Shown here piece by piece: positions 11,611 through 25,704 of a stretch of 64,000 nt of DNA (within the stretch, counting starts at the first letter, position 1; each line of letters opens with the position of its first letter). The stretch comes from Nemertoderma westbladi (lineage: Eukaryota > Animalia > Xenacoelomorpha): positions 62,001 to 126,000 of the forward strand of contig JAUCBJ010001582.1 of the NCBI GenBank assembly GCA_032718475.1. Reading direction: 5' to 3'. The position numbers and the translations under genes were made by a program. Below the pieces are notes generated by a model. That model did no database searches. It saw only the letters and a list, made by a program, of their open reading frames with translations, and had not been told where the DNA came from.

Positions 11611-12528
11611 ACTTCACTAATTAAACAATTTTGCATTCACTGTCCTGTCAGTCAGCAAACCACTAGAAAATTGTGATACTTTTTATAGTTGGTAGTAAGT
11701 CATATTATACATACTATGTAACTACAATTTTATCACCATTAAGTTGATGCATTGCTAAACAACTTCGGACACCATACATCTGTTTGACGCATTACGGGAT
11801 CAGGCAGTTCGTTAGAATCCCCTCTCCTTCCGATAGAAGATGAAACCAAAGCAGATCGGGATATACTATCTAATCTTATGGGTTGTCTGTCTCGTCTTCA
11901 TTTACCGCAATCACAAACGTTTTAGCCAAAAATGTTTAATTTATATCATCAACAAACTGCAGCGCGATGGTACTAACTAATGTTAAATTATCTTTTCAAA
12001 GTATGTGTGGTTGACTTTATGAATGTGTATGTGTTAATGTTAATCAGATACGCGGGGAACAGAACGCAATGAAAATGCGGGGAAATTCGAATAGGGGGAG
12101 AATAGGGGAAATTCGACGCAAATAACAGCTGATTACTCTCAAAAATAAAACTGTAACCTGTTCTATTGTGCTTAATTTGTTGTTTTGGTTAAAATAACGT
12201 GCCACTGTAACCTGCTTGCTCCTTTCCCTAAATTGAGAATTTAACATTGAGGCGGGATATTAATTCGCAAAGGCGGGTTTTGCGTCCAGTTCCCCCCCCC
12301 CCCCCCCCCCCCTGTCTCCCTTTAAATAGTTTTATAATTCAGTGACATGGACCCTAACAGAGATAATTTGACCTCCAAATGTTTATTGGGTGAGTGATAG
12401 TTATTATTTTCGTTTTAATTTTTTGGCTAGATTTTTTGTTTTTAGATTTTAGATTTTATTTTTTGTTTGAAAGTCCCCTGAATTATTAAGGAAACAGCTC
12501 CGGTCATGGCGCGGATACATATATGTAC

Positions 12529-12632
12529 GGGAGGAACTCTACAAACAAAAGTTAGGCACGGGAGGAACTCTACAAACAAAAGTTAGGCATGGGAGGAACT
12601 CTACAAACAAAAGGTATGCATGGGAGGAACTA
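12529..12632. repeat. 31-bp tandem repeat, about 3.4 copies
   Basis: GGGAGGAACTCTACAAACAAAAG repeated. Confidence 0.85.
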
Positions 12633-13084
12633 TATAAGAACAAAATATAACTCCGAGTAAAAATATCCCAATTTGGATAAAGTGTGGGTGATAAGAGCGT
12701 TCAAAACTATTGCGCGAAGATAAAACACTTTATATTACATAAAAATTATGTTCCAGAATGTTTTGTACATAAATAGAGCCGAGCCGGGTAGTATCTAAAG
12801 GGGTTGGAAGCGAAAATAACACTAAATTACAGGACATGATGTATTCCAATGCTATACAAACATGATAAATCGACGATTTGTTTGAATAACTATATGGAAT
12901 AATTATTAATTCCTTGGGCCGGGCTTACTTTATTGTTGCCGTGACTAAAATATAATAATTATTTATCAGAAACGAAGAAAACAAGAGATGGCAAGCAAGA
13001 ATTGAAAGGGGATATTAATATCATATTATATTACACACACACATCCAACGGCCGGCCGGCCCCACAACGCAACACCCCCACTTT

Positions 13085-13210
13085 CATTTCCTCTTCTCCG
13101 TTTCCGGCTCCCGTAGTACAAGATCAACCATAGAGTCATCAGTTCTACGATAACAGTGGCCGGTAAGTCTCATCCACAGGGCCTGCAGGGTGTTGCTGGG
13201 TTTTGGAAAT
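13085..13210 (-). mobile_element. Old RTE-like 3' fragment
   Basis: MRLTGHCYRRTDD..VDLVLREP resembles LRFSGHCWRSKDE..DLLFWQP of the RTE copy at 1668-2033. Confidence 0.5.
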
Positions 13211-16200
13211 TCTCGGCCGCTACCGAGATTGTAGTGACCGGTAATTATATACAAACATTCATTGTAAATATTAACAAAATAGTGGGAAGAGTTACGTATG
13301 TATCTATACATGTTTATTATAAGTAAAATTCTGCTGATTTTATTGAAAATGTTCTAGAATATCTTTATTTAATTTCAAATTAGTATTCTAGAACAATTAT
13401 AACTTTTGAATAATAGCCACTTTTTTCTCTGAAACAAAGGGAACTAGTGTAGATACATACGAAACTAGTGTAAGAAGATGTATAGCGAGTATAATAGTAC
13501 ATAAGGAACTGATAAACCTAAAACTTTACAGGAATGATGGGATGAATAATTGATAAAATATATTATTAGTTGAAGATACGAACACCGCGGACTGGACCTG
13601 AAATGCAACATCATTATAAAAGATAGCCAATATGCTCTGCTGTGTTTCCGGGTGGTTCTGTGATTTATTATAAATTAAGTTAATTTAATCATAAAGTAAG
13701 TTATTTATTATAAATAAAGTTATTATAACGTTATAAAATTGATATGTGTGATAAATAATAAATACATATTGAAATAAAATATAAGTCTCGAAGAAAAAGA
13801 AAAGTACTTCATGACATGATAAATAACAAGAAGGGTGATTGGTTTGGCAAATAATTTAAGACCTATAGACTATATAAAAATAATAATATAATATGGTATA
13901 GTCTTAAATAATAAGTTATATATTGTAGTGTGATATAAAGATAGGTAATATATAATATATATTAAAATTAGGGAATATTATAAATATATTTATGCGATAT
14001 ACCATATCATGGTGGCTCCTTGTAATGGGTACAGATAGTGGGAGGAAGTTGAGACATGCTAACAAACTAACAAACCACGCCTGTGAAGAAAAAAACACCA
14101 CCTTCTCTTAATAATTAACATAATTAAGCAACGAATTAATTACTATGACTGTCATATAAATATTTTATAAAATGTGATAAAAAAATATTGTGTTAAGTAT
14201 ATTAAAAGTGTATAATAAATATGTGTAATATATATTTATATACCTCACTACGGGTTATGAAAAGTAATAAAATACTGTATAGTAATTAATAAATAATATA
14301 ACGAAATTATACGTATAAATAATTCCAAATACTTAGGACTTACTGATGTTGTCTTTACAATATTAAAACAGGAAGGACACCACGGCAATGAATCTCTTGT
14401 AAGAAACGCTATAAACACAATATAGGTTGCATTTATTAATATCTTTAGATGTATGAGCTATATATATTACTAATAACAATTCAGTTTAGTTAATGATTTA
14501 TAGCCACCGGCAATATTAATTATGTGACACACATATGTACTGTACAGTGCACAGATCACACAGGAGTTAAACTACTTTACCCCAGCCTATGTATTAACTG
14601 TAGGCACGGTAAACAATAATAACTACCAGCTACAGCTAGTTGAACATAACTAGTGTTCGGGAACAACAACGCTTTATTTTTCTATGGAAACAATCTCGCC
14701 TGCAAACATATTTGAAATATAAGTATAATTGATTTGCTCGAGTAAAAACATCTGGTTGCGATAGTTGAGCTTGGGTTATATTTCTTGGTTAATTGTCTTT
14801 CCTTACACTACTGCGCGGTAGCAAAGACGAGTTGGAAGGCTCAGTTAGTCAATAATGTGTTACTAGAAAATAGCCTGATTAATTGCAGCCAGAACCGGAA
14901 GAGAAAGGGACTCCATTTTCCTGATGAATTACCTATGATGGTTGGATCGGATACGGGGGTGACCCCAGGCAGTATCAGTTGCCGAGCCTCGCATTAGGGT
15001 TGGACGTACCGATTAGCGTAATAGTTCGGTGCCTATAACGATAACTAGAAAATTAAAAGGCTTTAATTTATACCACTTTCTAAGGCCAATCCATTAGGGA
15101 TGGTGCCCGAGGAAGCACTAAATTACATAGGGTAGGTTCCGGTAATTATGCACAACATTTAGCTAATGGAAAACCATCGATAGGAGGAATATTGTGGTTG
15201 AGACCGCAGGGGTGGAGGTGAAGATATATAACCTTTCAATCCAACTGCACGCCACGTCATTTTGAGAAAAAGTATCTCTTTAATGTTGTTCTTAATTATA
15301 AACGGTTTTTTCCAATAGATATGAGCCTAAAAATAAATAAATAAAGCCCACCTATATTTCCAAGGTTGAAATATTTCAAGAAAATTAAAAAAACGTTTCA
15401 CTCGGTATATTTATGTATGTGAAACTGTATAAATATATTCTATGGAAACTGCTCAATTTATTGACAATATATTGTAATGTTTATGTCATTTGTGTTAGAA
15501 ACTAAGACGATGGGATATTTAGCGCCACCTAGCGGCGGAGCGTGAAATTGCACGACGCGAAAAACTGTCCCAATTAATTGAGAACATTCCATAACTCAGT
15601 CTGTGATAATATCGTCAAAATTAATGTACAGTGGTTCAATTGTTAAGCATAGACAAAGTTATATCGCCCCTCAATAGAATAGTACAATTTATTTCCACTG
15701 TAGCTGTTGCTGTGTGTCACGCAACACTTTGGATAGCAGCAACATGCTAGGCACTTACTACCGGAATAAGTCTCAGGAATTCTTAGCCCGCGGGTATTCT
15801 TAGCCCGCAAAACAATAACGTTTATTGTTTTGGTTCCCCCAATATGCCTCTGAAATCTGCTCCTTTGCAAACTTGATCCTTTAATATTGCTAAGAATACC
15901 CGCGGGATAAGAATTCACCCAAACCCGGAATATGAGACATGAGCTTATAAATTCATTAGGAAATTTCCCCCGGCAAATGTATTATTATGATGAATGGCAA
16001 AATTAAGTGCGAATCCGAAAGGATTATCTTTACCACAAAATATGAGGGACACAGCAAAAAGCCAAGAACAACTACCAACCAACGCTGCAATAATCCGGTT
16101 TACTATACCGCAGCTGGGGAAGCCGCATCCTTTCATACAATGATGTCCGAATTTCGAATGTAAATTAAATACTCTAATACATCATCTCACGGAATAATGC

Positions 16201-16693
16201 GAGTAGTAGGGTCTTGATCCTCTCGGCGACAATTAGACCCAACTCATGACTCATCACTTAGGAATGTGACACCTAGAATGTCATTGGCGCCAGACTGTCT
16301 GGGTGACACCTCCCAATTAGGCTAATTAGACCCTAATTGACGGCTGTTATAAATTAATTAGTACATTTAAACCCTAATAGATGTCTTACGACTCCTATTT
16401 AGGGTTTAATTGATTATCCTAATTAATCAGACCGATTAGCACCCTGAAGGGGCGAGCCATGAGGCAAGATGTTTGAGACTTATTTAGATATATTATTACA
16501 TAATTTTGACCCCTCAGTCGGTATCTATTACAATATAGGCTATATATTTTAAGGAGTAGTAGAGTAGTCTGAAGTTCCCCAGTCTGCCGCTAGAGGGCGA
16601 AATGTCTCAAAGTGAAAACCTGATCTCATTTGATTGTATTTAATCCATTTAGGCTGAAACTTGGTAGGCATCTACTATGGCATTGGCTATCTT

Positions 16694-16920
16694 CAGACTA
16701 TGCCTCACTGAGGCACAGACTATGCCTCACTGAGGCACAGACTATGCCTCACTGAGGAACTGAGGCACATACTATGCCTCACTGAGGCACAGACTATGCC
16801 TCACCGAGGCACAGACTATGCCTCACTGAGGCAGGCTATGCCTCACTGAGGCACTGAGGCAAGACTAAGCCTCACTGAGGCATTGAGGTACAGACTATGC
16901 CTCACTAAGGCACTGAGGCT
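16694..16920. repeat. 22-bp tandem repeat with palindromic core TGCCTCA-C-TGAGGCA
   Basis: Directly visible, about 9 units with 8-bp slippage variants. Confidence 0.9.
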
Positions 16921-16959
16921 CATATTAAGGGTCTAAGGCCTTCAAGCTGATCATTTGCT

Positions 16960-17100
16960 TAGTATTCTAATTAGAAGGTCGTGAGTTCGAACCCTAGAAG
17001 AGCATCCTTCTTTTTCCTAGCTCTTGGCTGACTCTAGTGTACACTAGCTTTGACTCTCCCAGCTATAGTGATAGTATGCAACCTTGGGAGTTAATGCGCT
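16960..17100 (+). mobile_element. Putative tRNA-derived SINE fragment
   Basis: AAGGTCGTGAGTTCGA (B box) and CAACCTTGGGAGTTAATG are both shared with 24580-24680. Confidence 0.5.
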
Positions 17101-17392
17101 GTTTTATGAGTAAAGGCCAAGAGATTAGACTTCAGGTTGCCTCTGTTTGTTCACTCTTCTCAACTTTACAAAAGAGTTTGCAAGCGCAGGTTCAAATCCA
17201 ACTAAAGCTCTATATATTTTGCACTGAAGTGGAATACATTAGATGCTGGGTGAATCTGGTTTGCGAGGGATATTTGAATGGTGAGTATAACTATCCTTGG
17301 GAGTCAGTGTGATGTTATCTCACCATGGATGGGCTTTACAACTGAAACGAAAAACGGGAAAAGAAATTAAGTGTGTACTCGCATCTTCTCCC

Positions 17393-17490
17393 ATTGGCTG
17401 CCTAACTTTCCTCCCTCGAGCCCTGATTGGCTGCCTAACTCACCCTCGAGCTCTGATTGGATAATCCATTCTAGCCTCCCTCTATAATAG
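17393..17490 (+). promoter_or_regulatory. Putative Pol II promoter: three ATTGG (CCAAT) boxes plus TATAA
   Basis: ATTGG at 17393, 17426 and 17456 (about 30-bp spacing); TATAA at 17483; ATG at 17640. Confidence 0.5.
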
Positions 17491-17639
17491 CCCCCCCCCC
17501 CCCCGCTCACCGCATTCCCATTCATTCTCTAATTTTTATTTTTAAAAGTTTTATTTATTTTCATAAAAGTTTTATTTATTTAAAATTTTGTAAAATCATT
17601 TAGCGAAAATTCAATACTATCAACTGACATTGCTATATA

Positions 17640-18369
17640 ATGCGACATGAAAGTTGTTTGGTTTGTAATAAAGAAATGAGACAAGACAATCTATCTCGTC
17701 ATATGGAAACACATGAAAAGGATAATCTAATGGATCCGTTACCAAAGAAATCTAAAAAATCCGAAGATATTTTTAGTGAAGATGAAAAGAAAAAAAGAGA
17801 TGAGCGTGATATACTAAAGATAAAACAGACAATGGAAATTAAATTTCATAAAGTTATGAATATTTTGAAAGGGATACAAAAACAGTTACCTTTAGAAAAT
17901 GAAGAAAATTTGAGTGAGAAAGATGAAGAAGAAGAGGACGATGAGTTGGAGAATGAAAATAGTGAGGGTCAGGATGAAGTTGAAGAGAGCGAGGTTGAGA
18001 ACAAAGAAAGTGAAAGTCATGAAGAGGACGAAGAAAGTGAAGGTCAGGAAGAGGGTGAAGAAAGCGAAGATCAGGAAGGGGATGAAGAAAGTGAAGAACA
18101 GGAAGGGGATGAAGAAAGTGAAGAACAGGAAGAGGATGAAGAAAGTAAAGAAGAGGAAAGAGAATGAAGGAAGTGAAGGTGGGGAAGAGGATGAAGAAAG
18201 TGAAGATCAGGAAAGTGAAGAAGAGGATGAAAATGATGATAATGAGGAAATATTGAGACAATTACTCGGAAATAAGAATAAATTGTGGAAAATTATTAAA
18301 TATTTGAAGGAAAATGAAGAAAATAAAGCGGCAGACTGGGGAACTTCAGACTACTCTGTGACTCCATAA
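17640..18369 (+). pseudogene. C2H2 Zn-finger plus long Glu/Asp-rich protein; one frameshift near 18160; 3' end runs into the inner TIR
   Basis: CLVCNKEMRQDNLSRHMETH; PKKSKK; more than 100-aa acidic tract that continues in the 17914-18369 frame (ENEGSEGGEEDEESED...). Confidence 0.7.
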
Positions 18370-19704
18370 AAGATATAGCATATATTGTAGTAGATACCGA
18401 CTGGGGGGTCAAAATTAAGTAATAATATATCTAAATAAGTCTCAAACATCTTGCCTCATGGCTCGCCCCTCAGAACTCTTAAAGGAAAACTGGTAAACGA
18501 GATTTGTTAATTACGCATACTTAAGACTTAAGTAATTAATTATATAGTAGGTTAGATCGTTTTGAGAATAGGACCATTGGAAACAGAGCCCTCGAAAACC
18601 TCAGTACAAAGAAAATTAATAAAGATTAACAAGATATAGCTTGTTATAATAAAACATAAATTATTATACAGTAGAACAATTAGGGTTGTAAATAAAAACA
18701 AATTAAATAAATTGAAGATAAACTGTATATAACTTATGTATTAAAAGAGGGCCCTATTTAATTATACAGTATACTGAAAATGGTTAGCGATACCATAATT
18801 AGATTATCGATAGGGATGCGGCTTCCTTAAATGAGGCAATCCTGACGCCTACAATCCCGACTACTCAGGTTGCAATTGAATGGTTTTAAATCTAAAAACT
18901 ATTTATTGGTAATTCTAAAACTATAAATCAATTAAATAAATAAAAGTAATACAATTAAATAAATGAGGTGTCACTTATGATACCCTCTTGGTCCTCTAGG
19001 CGATGGTTAGACAACACTCATGACTCATTGGGTGTTAGGGTGCTAATCGGTCTAATTAATTAGGATAATCAATTAAACCCTAAATAGGAGTCATAAGACA
19101 TCTAATAGGGTTTAAATGTACTAATTAATTGCTGATATCCGTCAATTAGGGTCTAATTAGCCTAATTGGGAGGTGTCACCCAGACAGTCCAGCGTCAATG
19201 ACACCCTAGGTGTCACATTCCTAAGCGATGAGTCATGAGTTGGGTTTAAGTGTCGCTGAGAGGATCAAAACCCTACTACTACTGCGGTATAGTGTTATAT
19301 GTTTTTTTTACATTTTATACTATAAAATTTTGTTTATGACGAATATCTACGCACTATTATTATTACATACTGTGTATTATAATATTACACCGTGTCCTGG
19401 AATATAGTGTCGTAGTTCAGTGACACCCCCCCCCCCCCCCCCCCCCCCCTGCCCCCAACTATTTCTACAAATATAAATGAGATTGCATGAAATTTGAAAC
19501 AGAGATAGTTTCCCCTCCCTCCTCCTTGTTGGGAGAGCCAGAATTTCTATTTTCGCTTTCAATCTTTCGCTACAAGCGTTTAAAAAAAGTTTCCCCGTCG
19601 ATATTGCACCAGTCGTACTGCAATTATTCTTTAACGTTATAGTGATTTGTAGCACTGGAAAGCTGACTGTGTGCAAGAATTCCAAACTTTTTATGTTAAA
19701 ATAT

Positions 19705-20480
19705 ATATACGGCCAAAGTCGCAAAAACAGGCAGGAGCCTATACGGTCAAAGTCACAAAAACAGGCAGCCTATACGGTCAAAGTCACAAAAACAGGCAGC
19801 CTATACGGTCAAAAGTCACAAAAACAGGCAGCCTATACGGTCAAAGTCACAAAAACAGGCAGCCTATACGGTCAAAGTCACAAAAACAGGCAGCCTAGCC
19901 TATACGGTCAAAGTCACAAAAACAGGCAGCCTATACGGTCAAAGTCGCAAAAACAGGCAGCCTATACAGTCAAAGTCACAAAAACAGGCAGCCTATACGG
20001 TCAAAGTCGCAAAAACAGGCAGCCTATACGGTCAAAGTCGCAAAAACAGGCAGCCTATACGGTCAAAGTCACAAAAACAGGCAGCCAATACGGTCAAAGT
20101 CGCAAAAACAGGCAGCCTATATGGTCAAAGTCACAAAAACAGGCAGCCAATACGGTCAAAGTCGCAAAAACAGGCAGCCTATACGGTCAAAGTCGCAAAA
20201 ACAGGCAGCCTATACGGTCAAAGTCACAAAAACAGGCAGCATATACGGTCAAAGTCGCAAAAACAGGCAGCCTATACAGTCAAAGTCACAAAAACAGGCA
20301 GCCTATACGGTCAAAGTCGCAAAAACAGGCAGCCTATACGGTCAAAGTCGCAAAAACAGGCAGCCTATACGGTCAAAGTCACAAAAACAGGCAGCAATAC
20401 GGTCAAAGTCGCAAAAACAGGCACCCTATACGGTTAAAGTCACAAAAACAGGTAGCCATAAGGTCAAAGTCGCAAAAACA
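19705..20480. repeat. 31-bp minisatellite, about 25 copies
   Basis: Unit CCTATACGGTCAAAGTCRCAAAAACAGGCAG. Confidence 0.97.
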
Positions 20481-21453
20481 GTGTCCACGTTGTACAATAT
20501 TACAATTCATTTCAGCCCTTGGCGATTCTCAACGGGCCTCGTTTCCAGAGCGATGTAGAAAGCATAATGGACAGGACAGGTGGATGAACTTTGTAGCTCT
20601 CCACAACATCACGAGATAGTTTAATAAATAAATTAATACAATGAAATAAATAAAGCGCACCTACTTCATCTCCAAGTACTCCGTAAGGCACAAAGAATAG
20701 TTCCGGGTTTAATCAGGAGCCGGTAATTTACTTACATCACAATTTTACAAGGTTTATTAATAATATAGAGGCAATGTCCCTGCTGCATTGTTTGGATGTT
20801 GTGTTTATTATATTCAGGTTGGATGCAGAAAAATAAATTGACTGTGAATCTCGTAAAGTGCATAGCCGATCAGCAGCACCACCACCGGGTAGCTAGCCGA
20901 TTTCATCAACTCGCTCCCCAGCCTACACCGGCTAACTGGTGCACTTCATATTGCCTACACTCGCTGCGTAAACTAGTTATATGTTTCGACTCTTAAGTAA
21001 TGGAAACCTGCACTGGGCCTCATTGCGGAAGAAAGTAGCACTTTCTTCCCGCCATAAGGGAATATTCCTTTGCGAGATGCAGATCCACTAACTAGCGGTA
21101 CCTGGGGGGATTTAGATAGCTCCACTCCTCAGAAATATCATCCCATGCTGATCGCATCTAATTCGATCGACAATGGGAATGGTTTATCAGAAAATTAAAT
21201 TTAATATTAAATTTATCATGTTTTAAATAACGAATGTTTATCACTTTTATTGTACAGGTAGTTAATATTTTATTTATTTCACGTGCTGCGCAAAGGCCGC
21301 ACTTTTGTTTATTATATGTACCAGAGTAGGTAAACATCGGACAGCTATTACATATACTTATTAATATTACTTGGTTCTCCCTCCGGATCGTGTAATAACA
21401 TGGCGCAGTGTGTAGAATAATCCTAAACTGTAGTAAATTTTCCTCTAGCAGAT

Positions 21454-22760
21454 AATTACATATTGCATGCACCCTACATAATTACATATTAGATGCACCA
21501 TACATAATTACATATTGCATGCACCAGCACCATACATAATTACATGTTGCATGCACCATACATAATTATATATTGCATGCACCATACATAATTACATATT
21601 GCATGCACCATACATAATTGCATATTAGATGAACCATACATAATTACATATTGCATGCACCATACATAATTACATATTACATGCACCATACATAATTACA
21701 TATTGCATGCACCATACATAATTGCATATTAGATGAACCATACATAATTACATATTGCATGCACCATACATAATTACATATTACATGCAACATACATAAT
21801 TACATATTAGATGCACCATACATAATTACATATTACATGCACCAGCACCATACATAATTACATGTTGCATGCACCATACATAATTATATATTGCATGCAC
21901 CATACATAATTACATATTGCATGCACCATACATAATTGCATATTAGATGAACCATACATAATTACATATTGCATGCACCATACATAATTACATATTACAT
22001 GCACCATACATAATTACATATTGCATGCACCATACATAATTACATATTTCATGCACCATACATAATTACATATTGCATGCACCATACATAATTACATATT
22101 GCATGCACCATACATAATTGCATATTAGATGAACCATACATAATTACATATTGCATGCACCATACATAATTACATATTTCATGCACCATACATAATTACA
22201 TATTGCATGTACCATACATAATTACATATTGCATGCACCATACATAATTACATATTAGATGCACCATACATAATTACATATTGCATGCACCATACATAAT
22301 TACATATTGCACGCACCATACATAATTACATATTGCATGCACCATACATAATTACATATTGCATGCACCATACATAATTACATATTGCATGCACCATACA
22401 TAATTACATATTGCATGCACCATACATAATTGCATATTAGATGAACCATACATAATTACATATTGCATGCACCATACATAATTACATATTTCATGCACCA
22501 TACATAATTACATATTGCATGTACCATACATAATTACATATTGCATGCACCATACATAATTACATATTAGATGCACCATACATAATTACATATCTCATGC
22601 ACCATACATACTTACATATTCCATGCACCATACATAATTACATATTGCATGCACCATACATAATTACATATTAGATGCACCATACATAATTACATATTAG
22701 ATGCACCATACATAATTACATATTAGATACACCATACATAATTACATATTGCAAGGCACC
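21454..22760. repeat. 26-bp minisatellite, about 50 copies
   Basis: Unit CATACATAATTACATATTGCATGCAC with recurring variant blocks. Confidence 0.97.
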
Positions 22761-24559
22761 ACCAAAGCTCCAAGATGCCACTGAAGGTCTACAACTCTTT
22801 AAATAAATTAAATTACTGGGTTTTGTTGTTAAGACTTCCGGTTCCGTTACGACTTCGGGATCTGATGCTGAAGGTAAATTCTACGACATGGCACTGTCTG
22901 TCACTCCTTCGTGACTCACTCAGACTCTATTGGAGCACCAGGATGTATTACATATCTTGAAAAAGGTACTTCCTGTGCTAAGGGACAACGCGATACGTCC
23001 CCCCCCCCCCCCCCCCCACTCCTCTGAAAGTTTGCCTGAGATAACAGCACCCAGCGGAGGACCCACAATATGTATCAGCTCTTTTGGGTTTCTTTGTCCA
23101 TAGAATATTAGCGATCTGTGTTCCCTTTTTGGTTTAGTAAACCAACTCACCGATTCCCCGCAGAAATATACAAAGCAGCGCACCACCATTGCTTCAAAGG
23201 TAATTGAAACGCACAAAGCGCCGACTCGGTAAATAGTTTATTGGCCTGGAATATATTCTGCCATAAATAACATAAGAATAACAGCGATATGTGCCAAAAT
23301 CACCAACGGAGAGAGTCCCGTGAGGAACTTATATCAACAACCTGCCAACTAGGGCTAAGATTTCTCCCGGGCGATGGTTGCTTTCCGAGACGAAGATTTC
23401 CCTGGTCCAAGTCGACCGAGATGGGAACCGGCATCCATCCACCCCTACAGGTTGAAATAAGTTTAGTTGTCTCTCTCTGTCCTGCACATTTGTGGGAACA
23501 CGAGCGGTCTTTTCAAATATAAAGATATTTTTTCCAAAGTTTTGGTACTTTTATTCGCTCTCTAAATGTGCACATTTTTGGATTTAGCGTAAAATTTCCA
23601 ACTTGCTGAAGCTATTTTATTCAATAGTAGCAAATTTTATCGCCGTCGGCTCCAATCTGTGTTAAAGTAAATTAAATCGATTGTATTATCTTGATTATTT
23701 TAATTTATTTTTATTTATCTTGAATATTTATTATTATTTTACGTGATTAAATTGTACTGATGGTGGTGGTCTTAGTTTTGAAAAACCTAATAAATTTTCT
23801 AAATTTGATAAAACTTTCTAACGCCGTCCCATGCAGTTCAGTTAGTAGAGACTAAATTCAATATGCTCCGCTCCATAATTAGCCTATAAAGAATGTCTGC
23901 GTTGTGTTCCCGAGCTATACGATCCACTAGCAGTATAATTTAGTAGCTCTAATTATTTGGGGTATCGAGGGAACCAACAAAGATTTATGCTGTCACTGTG
24001 TTACCGGGGTAACACCGGTAAACCGCCAGTAATTATCTCATCCCGGAGAGATGGAATTTAAGATCCAAAGGTATAAAGTTGGAACAATCACTATGATCCT
24101 GTGATTATTTGAAATAGGCTAGGGATTACGCACGCAGTCTGACAACTTATTTACAGTGAGGTCCCCCCTGAACTATACTCCCCAATAGAGGAAACTTCAG
24201 TACTCATGCAAGGCAGAGATGGGCCCTGGAATTTGTGTATTTATTAAATATAATAAATTAAAAATATAATATTACGCAATTACGCAACATACACTTTTTA
24301 AACGCTTATAAAAAATTTAAAGGCAAAATCGAAAAAATTCCGGCTTCATGTGGACAATGACGGTGAGTTGAACTAGTTGTGTCTCAGATTTCAAGCAATA
24401 TGATAAATATTTGTAGAAAAATCTGGGGGGGGGGGGGGGGGGGGAATTACACTATATTACTGTTGACGGAGTATAATATATTGAATACAAAAAATAGGAA
24501 AATTAGTTTTATATTTTGGCTACAAGTGACGTTCAGATTGTCCCGGTGCTTACATCGTT

Positions 24560-24680
24560 AAGTAAGCACCTGGACCAATGTTAAGGTCGTGAGTTCGAGC
24601 TCACCACATATACAGCCCAGAACTTCAGCACACCCATGGATCGTGAGAGTATTGTATTCAACCTTGGGAGTTAATGTCGA
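24560..24680 (+). mobile_element. Putative tRNA-derived SINE fragment, second copy
   Basis: Same two blocks as 16960-17100. Confidence 0.5.
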
Positions 24681-24765
24681 GCCATCTCTGACTTACAGGT
24701 AACAGGCCCCCAATATTGCTTAATGGTTCACTCTATGGGTTTGTGTTAGCGGAATTGGATAAGCT

Positions 24766-24890
24766 AACAATGTTATACAAATAGATATGGTAAGTGCAAA
24801 TGAGGACTTAATGTAATCTTTATATAAAGTTAATTCGAACAAAATAAAATTTTGAAAATTCACGGGTTTTATGAGGATATAGTTCTATAC
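24766..24890. repeat. 125-bp direct repeat, left copy (possible 3' LTR remnant of BEL element 1)
   Basis: About 5 mismatches versus 40134-40258. Confidence 0.85.
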
Positions 24891-25704
24891 CGCTCCATGA
24901 AAACAGGATATTATCGTGCATAAAATATACGGTTTTCACCAATACTAAATCAAACTATGGAATACTTAGGGCGTACTTACATATTTACAAATTAAATCTA
25001 TACAATACAATAAATAAATCAAAACAAAATAATTACAGATTCAAACTTTACGTATTTAAGGCTTTATTAAGTAAGTACAATATAAATCTAAATTAAATTC
25101 ACCAAAATAAATCTATTGCATCTCAAATATTGCATAAATTCAAACAATTACAAATACTAATACTACTGAAATATAAAACAAATTGCATAAGTTCGGAATA
25201 ATTTCAAATAAGTCACAAGAAAGGCTCACAAGTCTTCCGTCTGCTCTTGCCTTTTATTTACTGCGAATACAAGTACTGCTTCTTTATAAAATATAAATTG
25301 CATAATATTTGAAATAATAAATTGCGTAAGTTTGGAATGACTACAAATATAGCACTTTCTAAATATAAATCTTTCTAAATATAAATATAAACTGCATAGG
25401 TTTAGAACAATATAAACTGCATAAGTTTAGAACAATGTAAACTGCATAAGTTTAGAACAATATAAACTCTTTAGGCATCTCTAATATAAAATATAAATCT
25501 TTCAAATATAAATTCCTTCTAAATATAAAACTTTCTGAATTTCAAAATTGGAACAATACAAATTACATAAACAATACAAATAATAAACAATACATAAGAT
25601 AAAATAAGAAAGGCTCACGAGTCTTCCGTCCACTCTTTCTTTCCCGCTTTATACGAGTTCTTGTGAGTTCGGAATAATTAGTCCTTTCAAATATAACACC
25701 TTAT

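Larger units (their letters stand above)
16448..18470. mobile_element. Nested inverted-repeat element (about 140-bp TIRs)
   Basis: AGGGGCGAGCCATGAGGCAAGATGTTTGAGAC... (16448-16591) is the reverse complement of 18327-18470; no TSD seen. Confidence 0.75.
16202..19280. mobile_element. Non-autonomous Polinton/Maverick-like element
   Basis: About 240-bp TIRs (16202-16445 and 19037-19280) starting AGTAGTAG; flanked by AATGCG / ACTGCG (6-bp TSD with one mismatch); no pPolB or integrase inside. Confidence 0.75.

Noticed and set aside
17914-18160. Lys/Arg/Met-rich histone-like ORF
   Set aside because: Alternative frame of the GAA/GAG acidic tract; only its 3' part is the likely true continuation
19642-20619. 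Long ORFs across the 31-bp array
   Set aside because: All frames cycle through the same repeat; not coding evidence
5457-22760. Tandem arrays as CRISPR
   Set aside because: No unique spacers and no cas genes; spliced eukaryotic context
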